From Welwitschia mirabilis (lineage: Eukaryota), in NCBI GenBank assembly GCA_051453625.1, contig JBOZIK010000001.1, positions 32,876,945-32,896,944 on the forward strand: 20,000 bases of DNA, read 5' to 3'. Shown piece by piece: positions 1 through 9,500 of the stretch (position 1 is the first letter of the stretch; each line of letters opens with the position of its first letter). The translations under genes and the position numbers were made by a program. The notes below the pieces were generated by a model that saw only the letters and a program-made list of their open reading frames with translations, was not told where the DNA came from and ran no database searches.

Positions 1-528
1 TCTATCCTATAGTTGTCAATTCTAGATTCTATTTTAACAATTTTACCATAGGCCTTGATTGCTAGGGATATTTTTAAATACTTCTTTTGATATCAATTAT
101 CAAGGTGTAATACTTTTTTTTGATAAATTATTTAAAAATTAAATTTTAATCATATTTAAATTGGTAGAATATGCCTTAAGAATAATAATATATATTAAAA
201 CATTATTGCATAATAAGCTCTTAGAAAAAAATCATCACATATAAAACTTAAATTAGCTTACCACATATAATTTCATATAGATCTTAATAAAGTTTATAAC
301 ATTAAAAAAACTCAATGATTTTTTTTTATGAAAAAAAGTATATATATTATACTAGAAAATGTACATTAAGAAGCAATAATGCCTAGGATTGACAAGAAAA
401 TTAAACTGTTCTGAAACAAAGAAAAGGTATTCCACTAACTATTCAGGAGAGAACTATGAAACAAAATAAAAATGGGAGTGAAACCACCCCCAAGGAAATA
501 GACTAAACATGGGGGACTACCTATTTAG

Positions 529-560
529 AAGAGTAAAAGCATAAAAGAGTAAAAGCATAA
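529..560. repeat. 16-bp perfect tandem duplication (AAGAGTAAAAGCATAA x2)
   Basis: Read directly at 529-544 and 545-560; lies in the T-rich putative 3' UTR of the minus-strand gene. Confidence 0.9.
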
Positions 561-653
561 AACTACTAATAGACTAGGGGCAAAAATTCCCATGCTACCA
601 TAAGCTACAAAAAAACTTAAGTTCGAAAAGGAAAAGACCTGGGAGGAGAAGAA

Positions 654-977
654 TTAGAGTCCTCTACAGAACGAGAACAGATTACCATGATTGTGATTGA
701 GTAAGAAATGACTCATATCATTAGAGAGTACCCAAATGCTTGATTTACCTCCTTGAATTCTTTAGCACCTACTGGATTTTTATCTGGATGCAGTCTGAGG
801 TCTTTCNNNNNNNNNNNNNNNNNNNNNNNNNNNNNNNNNNNNNNNNNNNNNNNNNNNNNNNNNNNNNNNNNNNNNNNNNNNNNNNNNNNNNNNNNNNNNN
901 NNNNNNNNNNNNNNNNNNNNNNNNNNNNNNNNNNNNNNNNNNNNNNNNNNNNNNNNNNNNATTTGACATAGAGTTTT
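654..977 (-). pseudogene. DnaJ/J-domain remnant spanning the 807-960 gap
   Basis: Before the gap: KTLCQI (977-961; cf. J-domain start 'xTLYxILG'). After the gap: KDLRLHPDKNPVGAKEFKEVNQAF (805-734; HPD at 790-782). After a 1-nt frameshift: VLSNDMSHFLLNHNHG (cf. AYEVLSD..R..YD.YG), stop at 656-654. Confidence 0.85.
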
Positions 978-1870
978 GAGCAGGTTGGAGCTTGTTACTG
1001 GCTGAGGAGAGGTCTGGTCATGCCTAACTTGCTCTTAAGATTTAGGAGAAGGATGTTTCTGAACTAGATTCTAAGTTGTCCCATGGGCAGGCTCTTGAAC
1101 TATCTCCTATTGGGCTAGGGGTAAAAACATCTCCTCTGAATAACCCAAGGGTAAAGTCACTCCCCTTGACTAGGGATGCCATGCATAGTAGTCCTCTCAG
1201 AATTAGGGGTCTCTCCCATAGTGGCTCTTCTTTTGAAGGCTCTCCTTGGGAAATTCTGATGTGCGCATTGTCAAGGAGGAGAGGGAGGGACCTCTCTTAA
1301 CCTAATTTCTTAGGCTACTCTCCACAGAGCCATAACTGAATCCAAGTTCCTTAGGGAATCTTTCCTGTGAAGAGATTGAATAAAAAAGAATTGGAAATTC
1401 ACTTCATTCCCTAGGTCAAGGGCTTTAAGAAAAGTGAAATGAATATCTGAAAGTTTAGAGCAATTCCTAGACTGAATGAAATGGTGGTCAACTAGCTCTA
1501 CACCTAATCCCCATGGGGACAGTAGTGCCTTTCTGCTAATGTGCCTGCTTGGCAATTTAGGAACCCCACTAGAGAAGAAGTAAAGTGCTTCACATTATCC
1601 TCGGCTTCTAAATGAAATATATTCTCCTTCTGTAGGGATCTCTAATAGCCTAGAGAGTGAATCTTCAGTGATCTCTATAGGGATTCTCCTAAACATAATG
1701 CACCTGCCTCTTTATCATTTGTAAAAGGGGGTAATATCAATCCCCTGGTCTCCCCTAAGCTTGTGCAGGAGGGGTTTCCATCCCATAGCTTGTACTTTTT
1801 CCCATAGGGTAGGGCAGCCTTCAAAGAGGCTACATTCGGAAGGCTCAATTGTAGGCATGGCTCTCATCAT
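654..1870 (-). pseudogene. Decayed ~400-codon gene: TE accessory-ORF-like N-terminal domain + S/P/Q-rich linker + C-terminal J (DnaJ) domain
   Basis: Manual minus-strand translation from ATG 1870 stays in one frame to 1310: MMRAMPTIEPSECSLFEGCPTLWEKVQAMGWKPLLHKLRGDQGIDITPFYK**RGRCIMFRRIPIEITEDSLSRLLEIPTEGEYISFRSRG*CEALYFFSSGVPKLPSRHISRKALLSPWGLGVELVDHHFIQSRNCSKLSDIHFTFLKALDLGNEVNFQFFFIQSLHRKDSLRNLDSVMALWRVA* (stops at 1717, 1714, 1597, 1312). After an inferred frameshift near 1160 comes a linker (..IVQEPAHGTT*NLVQKHPSPKS*EQVRHDQTSPQPVTSSNLL) leading into the J-domain. Joining these into a single ORF is inference. Confidence 0.6.
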
Positions 1871-1894
1871 GAGCCTAATTTGGAAATGATAGTG

Positions 1895-2209
1895 TTTGAT
1901 TCTCCTTACAGTATTTATAGAAAAATGTAAGGGGTTATTATTGAAAATCAGATTATTGGACCTTTTTGAAAAACTTTTGTTTTGGGTTTTGAAGNNNNNN
2001 NNNNNNNNNNNNNNNNNNNNNNNNNNNNNNNNNNNNNNNNNNNNNNNNNNNNNNNNNNNNNNNNNNNNNNNNNNNNNNNNNNNNNNNNNNNNNNTTTGAT
2101 TCTCCTTACAGTATTTATAGAAAAAGGTAAGGGGGTATTATTGAAAATCAGATTATTGGACCTTTTTGAAAAACTTTTGTTTTCAGGGCTCAGCCATCGG
2201 GTTTTGAAG
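1895..2209. repeat. Gap-flanking duplicate (1895-1994 vs 2095-2209)
   Basis: Near-identical sequence on both sides of a 100-N gap; the second copy has an extra 15 nt (CAGGGCTCAGCCATC) and a few substitutions. Confidence 0.9.
1912..1919 (-). promoter_or_regulatory. TATA box (TATAAATA) of the minus-strand J-domain fusion gene
   Basis: CTATAAATAC on the minus strand ~40 nt upstream of ATG 1870; preserved in the duplicate at 2112-2119. Confidence 0.55.
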
Positions 2210-2426
2210 CTATGAACACGCAGCAGTGGATTTTCGTTTCTACGCTCTTGTTTATGCACAGCAGATCACGTTTTCTGCGCTGCATTAATCTACGCGTAGC
2301 AGCGCTTTAGAAGTGCGTGGTGGTAGATTTTTTTCTCTATTGCATGCATAAAATAAAGATAGATCCTTACATGCACTGAGAGGTTTGGTCTTTAGCAAAG
2401 CCTTTGATAAGTCTTTTCAGAATATT
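2209..2426 (+). repeat. Second copy of the ~218-bp LINE 5' region (homologous to 3508-3725)
   Basis: GCTATGAACACGC...TTGCATGCATAAAATAAAGATAGATCCTT...GTCTTTTCAGAATATT aligns end to end with 3508-3725, with differences mainly C/T and G/A; truncated by the 2427-2526 gap. Confidence 0.9.
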
Positions 2427-3830
2427 NNNNNNNNNNNNNNNNNNNNNNNNNNNNNNNNNNNNNNNNNNNNNNNNNNNNNNNNNNNNNNNNNNNNNNNNNN
2501 NNNNNNNNNNNNNNNNNNNNNNNNNNGAAAAATTATCTTGAAAATCCCTTGTCATATAGAGTTTTTATAAGAATATTTCTTTGGATATTATGTTTATTTA
2601 TTTTTAATAAATTCCTTTTAATGAACATCTGATTTTCCCTCCTACCCTAAAGATTTAAACCTGATGTAAAGGGAGATAATTCAATACTCTTTAAGTTAAT
2701 TTAATGTTATAAAGTTATGAGTTCTCTTTAATTAATTTAATGTTATAAAATTTGTTTAGAAGAGAAGCCTTTTTTAATTTGATTTAATGTGATGATGTAA
2801 GTTTATGAGAGGAGGGAGAAATTTATTGCAAATGAATGGTTAGTGCTCACAGTGAGACTTAAACTGCCAAGCACTCCCTTTTCAATAACAGTAAATATGG
2901 AACAATTAAGGCATCATGGAGGAGAGAACCATCTTAAAGAGAGCCATTATTAAAGGAAGTTACAAATTCTTGAGATGCTCTTTTCAGAGATTAAATCTTT
3001 TATTAATAATATAGATAGTTTTTAATTAATGCTTTTGATAGAAGGGAATCATGAGGATTTAATCCCTTACTAACTGAGAAACATTTGTAAGTTTAAAAAA
3101 TAGAAATGTAGGCATTACATTTTGGTATCATAACATCTAGGTTAGTGATCCTATTTGGCATAGTCTCTGTGAAGATGTTATAAAAGCCTAGGTTATGATA
3201 ATGACTAAATAACTACAATAATAGCTAAGTAGTTTTTCATTTACCATATGGAATTTATAAGCCTATAATTAAAACGTTGAAAATATTTATATTTATAAAT
3301 TAAAAAAAACAAAAATAAAACTCCTTTATAGATTCTAGTGCAGTCTACTCATTCAATAAGGTCTTGGCCTGGTGATAAATATTCAAGGCATAACATTTTG
3401 TTTAGAAAACATTTTAAATTTCTTCCTACATAAGAGTCCACATGTTGTTATAAATGTTAAGGCGATGTATGAACCTTATTAAGATAGATAACTTGCATGC
3501 AATTAATGCTGTGAACACGCGATGGGAGGTTTTCATTTCTGTGCTCTTGTCTACACACGATGGATCACATTTTCTATGCTGCATTGGTTTATGTGCGGTG
3601 GAACTTTAGAAGTACATGGCTGTAGCTTTTGTTCTCCCTTGCATGCATAAAATAAAGATAGATCCTTGCATGCACTAAGAGGTCTGGTCTTTAGCAAAGC
3701 CTTTGGCAGGTCTTTTCAGAATATTTAGGGCATGCATGACATTTCTCCATAAATTCCATGCATGTCATGGCATCACCTCTCTTCTAGGAAAGTTATTCTA
3801 TTTTTCATATTCATCTCCCTTTTCTTTTGA

Positions 3831-6506
3831 ATGTCCTCACATATATCAGATTCATCTACATTAAATGCTTCTTCTAAAGAATGGAAAGTAGACATGGCTG
3901 AGATCCCTTATCATTCTGCATCATTAGACATGGAAAATGAGATAATTACAAAAGATGATTGTGTTATGGTAGATTTAGAATTTCCAAAATATATATTTAA
4001 CAAAACTATGTGCAAAGTTGAACAACTCTATGCTATCCACCTTTTCACTGGCAGGATTGCCTTCTTCTCTACTCTTAATAATTGGGTTTAGAAAAATTGA
4101 GTTACTAGAAACATCAAAGTTTCTATTGTTTCAAATATAACTAAAGGTTTATTTATCTTTGGCTTTGAATCTAAAGAAATAGCAGATTGGGTAAAGTAAC
4201 AACTAGTCTAGAATATTTCAAGGACTTATCTTATTCTATAGCCATGGTTCAAAGGGTTTGATCTTGAGAAAGTTGCTCAAATCACTATCCCTGTTTGGAT
4301 TGAATTCCCAAATCTTCTAGTTAATTTTCTTCATCATGTCGATATCTTGGCTACTAAAATTGGTAATGTTATTGGAATGGAGACCTTTTCAGGGTTATGT
4401 ACATGACCCATAAGAAGAATTTATGTTTCTGTTGATTTAAGTAAACTATTACCGAAGGTTATACATTTAACAGCAGATGGAATAGTTATTCTCCAAAAAG
4501 TTACTTATTTAACTTTACCAAATTGCTACTACTATTGCAAAGAACCTGACCATGTTAGGGCTCACTATCCTAAACTCCTAGCCAAGATGGAAGCTGACAG
4601 AGTTTTAGTAGAAAAATTAGCAAACAAACTCCATTAATCTAAGATTATGAAGGAAAATCTTAAAAATCCTCAAGAAGCAAATCAGGATAATTAGACTACT
4701 TAAGAATTAGTCGATCCTAAGGTCAACAAAGGTAATAAGAAAAACTTGGATCAAAGGAATATTGCTCATAAATCTGCAAAAGAGGTTCATTCTGCTAGTC
4801 AGGAAGATAATCAAGCAGATCCTCAATATTCTAAATNNNNNNNNNNNNNNNNNNNNNNNNNNNNNNNNNNNNNNNNNNNNNNNNNNNNNNNNNNNNNNNN
4901 NNNNNNNNNNNNNNNNNNNNNNNNNNNNNNNNNNNNTAGGAAAAATTTGTGTTTTTGTTGATTTAAATAAACCTTTACCAGAAGTTATACGTTTAATAGC
5001 AGATGGAATGGTTATTCTCTTAAAAGTTGCTTATTTAACTTTGCCAAATCGCTACTACTATTGCAAAGAACTTGATCATGTTAGGGCTCACTGTCCTAAA
5101 CTCCTAGCCAAGATGGAAGTTGCCAGAGTTTTAGTAGAAAAAGTAGCAAATGAACTTCATCAATCTAAGATTATGAAGGAAAATCTTAAAAATCCTTAAG
5201 AAGCAAATCAGGATAATCAGACTACTCAAGAATCAGTCGATCCCAAAGTCAACAAAGTTAATAAGAAAAACTCGAACAAAGGGGATATTGCTCGTAAATC
5301 TACAGAAGAGGTTCATACTACTAGTCAAGAAGATAATCAAGTGGCTCCCCAATATTCTAAATCTCTTAACAAGGAGAATGATGTAGAGGAAGGATGGCAA
5401 ATGGTTAATAGAAAATCGTATACTCATGTCACCCAGCCCAATCCCTTATTCAGCCCTTCAGGGGTTACAAATCATATGTTTAAANNNNNNNNNNNNNNNN
5501 NNNNNNNNNNNNNNNNNNNNNNNNNNNNNNNNNNNNNNNNNNNNNNNNNNNNNNNNNNNNNNNNNNNNNNNNNNNNNNNNNNNNNNNNNNNNNNNNNNNN
5601 NNNNNNNNNNNNNNNNNNNNNNNNNNNNNNNNNNNNNNNNNNNNNNNNNNNNNNNNNNNNNNNNNNNNNNNNNNNNNNNNNNNNNNNNNNNNNNNNNNNN
5701 NNNNNNNNNNNNNNNNNNNNNNNNNNNNNNNNNNNNNNNNNNNNNNNNNNNNNNNNNNNNNNNNNNNNNNNNNNNNNNNNNNNNNNNNNNNNNNNNNNNN
5801 NNNNNNNNNNNNNNNNNNNNNNNNNNNNNNNNNNNNNNNNNNNNNNNNNNNNNNNNNNNNNNNNNNNNNNNNNNNNNNNNNNNNNNNNNNNNNNNNNNNN
5901 NNNNNNNNNNNNNNNNNNNNNNNNNNNNNNNNNNNNNNNNNNNNNNNNNNNNNNNNNNNNNNNNNNNNNNNNNNNNNNNNNNNNNNNNNNNNNNNNNNNN
6001 NNNNNNNNNNNNNNNNNNNNNNNNNNNNNNNNNNNNNNNNNNNNNNNNNNNNNNNNNNNNNNNNNNNNNNNNNNNNNNNNNNNNNNNNNNNNNNNNNNNN
6101 NNNNNNNNNNNNNNNNNNNNNNNNNNNNNNNNNNNNNNNNNNNNNNNNNNNNNNNNNNNNNNNNNNNNNNNNNNNNNNNNNNNNNNNNNNNNNNNNNNNN
6201 NNNNNNNNNNNNNNNNNNNNNNNNNNNNNNNNNNNNNNNNNNNNNNNNNNNNNNNNNNNNNNNNNNNNNNNNNNNNNNNNNNNNNNNNNNNNNNNNNNNN
6301 NNNNNNNNNNNNNNNNNNNNNNNNNNNNNNNNNNNNNNNNNNNNNNCAACCCTTCAGGGATTACAAATCATATGTTTAAATCTGGTAGTGATGTCATAAA
6401 TCAATTCAGAAGACCTGACATATTAGTAGCCAATAGTTTCGAGTCTACAAATTTATGGCAGGTTGTTAAAGAGGGATTAAAGTCCTCTATTGACCTTTCC
6501 TCGTGA
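3831..6506 (+). pseudogene. LINE ORF1 (DUF4283-like + CCHC zinc knuckle), degenerate
   Basis: Reading through stops from ATG 3831 gives KGLFIFGFES, PWFKGFD, IPVWIEFPNL, KIGNVIG, RRIYVSVDLSK and TLPN(C/R)YYYCKE(P/L)DHVRAH(Y/C)P (decayed Cx2Cx4Hx4C), then a low-complexity tail with GWQMVNRK and NSFES, ending at TGA 6504-6506. Includes the duplicate 4411-4836/4937-5362 and an 862-N gap. Confidence 0.85.
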
Positions 6507-9500
6507 ATCTCATCTCTTGGAATGTTCAGGGACTCTTGGACCCCCGAAGAAAATTCATAGTCCAAGATTATATAGCAAAAAAGCATTTAGATATTGTCTT
6601 TCTTTAGGAAGTTAAATTTTAAGGTTTTTAGCTTTAAATTGCTTGTAATTGTATCTTTTTCAAAAGTTTCTTTTTCACTTTCAGCCACTCTAAAGGCAGT
6701 GGAGGACTAATTATTCTCCTTTATTAAAAGTTTAATAATCTTATTATTGATCATGGTAAAGATCCTGTAGGCAATTGTGTTTGGATTTATTCAAATTGGA
6801 ATAAATCTATTGTTGGCTTGGCCAATATTTATGCTTCTTGTAACATTTTAGATAGAAATGCTCTTTGGAATTGAATCTTTGATTCTCTCCCAAAAGCTTA
6901 TTGGATCATTTCAGGAGACTTTAAGATGATCGAGAACATCCATAATAAAAGAGGTGGTAATAAAGGTGGTCTGAACATTATGNNNNNNNNNNNNNNNNNN
7001 NNNNNNNNNNNNNNNNNNNNNNNNNNNNNNNNNNNNNNNNNNNNNNNNNNNNNNNNNNNNNNNNNNNNNNNNNNNNNNNNNNATAAAAGAGGTGGTAATA
7101 AAGGTGGTCTGAACATTATGGAGCTTGACAGTTGGTTGTCTCTCAAAAACAAATTTCAAGTACATGATGCTAATGATACCACCAAATCTACCTTAAGTAA
7201 AGGATGGGTTACTTGGTCCAATGCTAGATCAGGATCAACTTTTATCACTTCAAGACTTGATTAGATGCATTTTTTTTCAAATCCTCATATTAGTATCTCT
7301 CATCATATGAAGCTCCTAGGTTCAATAGATTTTACTCAGGTTTTATCTAACCATTTCCCCCATTTTTTGGTCCATCAAATCTCCAAATCTGCAGCATCTA
7401 AAAAAAGATCTCTTTATTTTTAATACTTCTTTTCTTCAGAATCATAACATGTGCTCTCTTCTCATGCACATTTGGAACCTTGTTCCTCTTGTGGGTAATA
7501 ATGGATGGATTGACTAGTGAAATAATAGTATTTTATGTACTCGATGGTTTTTTAAACAAGTAGAAAGACTTCTAGCAGCAAATATAACCTCTCATCAAAA
7601 AATCCTTATGGCTGAAGTAGAATTTTTTAGCTAAAAGTAAAATCTAGGCATGGTAGTAAATAGGACTTCGACTCTTTAAAAATCTGTAAATATAGTCTAA
7701 GGAAAGTTGAGCACTTAAGTTCAAGGAAGCTCTTCTTCATGCCCATTTATCTTGGCTAAGAATGAGAGACCAAGCCTCTTCATACTTTTTTAAATTCTTA
7801 AAAGGAAATTACTCTTCTCCTCATATAGAAGTTATTGATGATGGAACAGTTCTCCATACTTCCAGAGGATAAATTCTTTAAGTTTTTTATAATCAATGTT
7901 CTCAGGTCTTCTATGTTACCTTAGTTGATGACTCAACTATTGACACTTATCTTAATAATATTCAGCCTTTCAATCAAAATATTTTTGGAGAAGATTAGTG
8001 TCTCTCACTAGCTGAATTTCTCTATGTCCTTTGCCAGCTTAAAGATGGTAAAGCTCTAGGTTTAGATGGCCTTTCAACTGAATTCTTCTCCAAATTTTGG
8101 CATATTATTAGTTCAGATTCTTATAAAGTATATAAGGAAGCTTTAAGTAATAAGTTTCTTAGAACGTATCTCAATACAAGAATAGTTAAACTTCTTCCTA
8201 AATCAAGGGATTCTTATAATATCAATAATTAGAGACCTATTACTCTTTTGAATGTGATTTATAAAATTATCGCTAAGCTATGGATAATAGACTCAAGAAA
8301 TTTCTTTAGAATCTCATTAGTAAAGAGTAAATAGGTTTTGTTCAAAATAGGTATATCTTGGATAATGTTTTAACTACTGTCAAAGCTATGCATTGGGCCA
8401 CTAATTCCTCTTAGTAAGCTATTCTTTTAAAGCTTGATTTTGATAAAGCCTATGATAGACTGGATTGACATTTTCTCACCAGAATTATTCATCGTCATCA
8501 ACTAGGAAAAGTCTTTGAAAACCATGTTCATATGCTTCTTACCAATGCCACCTTATTTATCTGCATTAACAGTATCTTTTCTCATATTATCTCTCTTCAA
8601 TACTCAGTTCGACAGGGTTGTCCTTTAGCTCCTTATCTTTTTATCTTAGCAGCAGATGCTCTTGGATCTCTCACTAAATCTCATCAGTCTGTGGGTAATA
8701 TTGATGATATTTATCTTCCCAATGGCAACTCCGTTATGTACAGCCAATTTGCAGATGATACCTTCCTATTGATCAGGGAAACCGAATTTGATTTTTAGAC
8801 AGCTATTGATACTCTAAACATTTACTGTAAAGCTTTAGGTTCTCAAATTAATTGGAGTAAAACCGATGCAATCTGTTCTACATTTAGTGAAAGGCCCCCT
8901 TGATCTTACCATTTTAATATTCATTGGTTATTCCCTATTGATCACTTTAAACTTCTGGGAATTTCCATCACTTTTGTAGATACTTCTTCTAATATTTGAT
9001 AGATGGTTATCAATAAAGTTAAAGATAAAGTTCTTAAATGGTCTAGTAAACCCTTATCACTAACTAGAAGACTTACCGTTTGCATTCATATTCTAAGCAC
9101 TATTCCTATTTATTATGCTTGCTTCATGATTCCTTCTTCTTTAGCTTATGAATCTATGAATAGGATTATTTAAAGTTTTTTATAGAGAAATACCTTAAGT
9201 AATAAAGTCTTTTATTGAATGGCCTGGAGCACATGCTATCATTCCAAATCTTTAGGAGAATTAGGGATTCCTTCCTTAAAACATCAAGTATTTTATTAGC
9301 TTCTAAATAGATTATTCGATCCTTGGATGGTGATGAGGCTTAAAAAATATTATTTAGACATTATTTTTCTAATATCAATATGAGTCCTAATCATGTTCAG
9401 AAAAATCTTCATTGGAGCAATTCCATTTTCTTTGTTGGCACCTTTAAAAGTAAATGATCCTATGACTTTTAGTAAATTTTTAAGGCTTAGCACAAAATTA

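Noticed and set aside
654-977. Functional host DnaJ gene
   Set aside because: Frameshift after NQAF, a Y>C-type change at the domain start, and in-frame stops immediately upstream; this copy is non-functional.
1076-1300. 74-aa plus-strand ORF
   Set aside because: Antisense shadow of the linker of the minus-strand gene; no recognisable motif.
2527-3507. AT-rich segment between the two LINE 5'-region copies
   Set aside because: No ORF, terminal repeat or protein motif could be recognised; left unassigned.
5341-6399. Long ORFs of 289-352 aa (also 14169-14780 and other X-rich ORFs)
   Set aside because: Artefacts of translating N runs; only short real flanks remain.
6945-7120. Apparent 38-bp direct repeat / CRISPR-like repeat-spacer-repeat
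   Set aside because: An identical contig overlap around a 100-N gap inside the LINE endonuclease; the context is eukaryotic.
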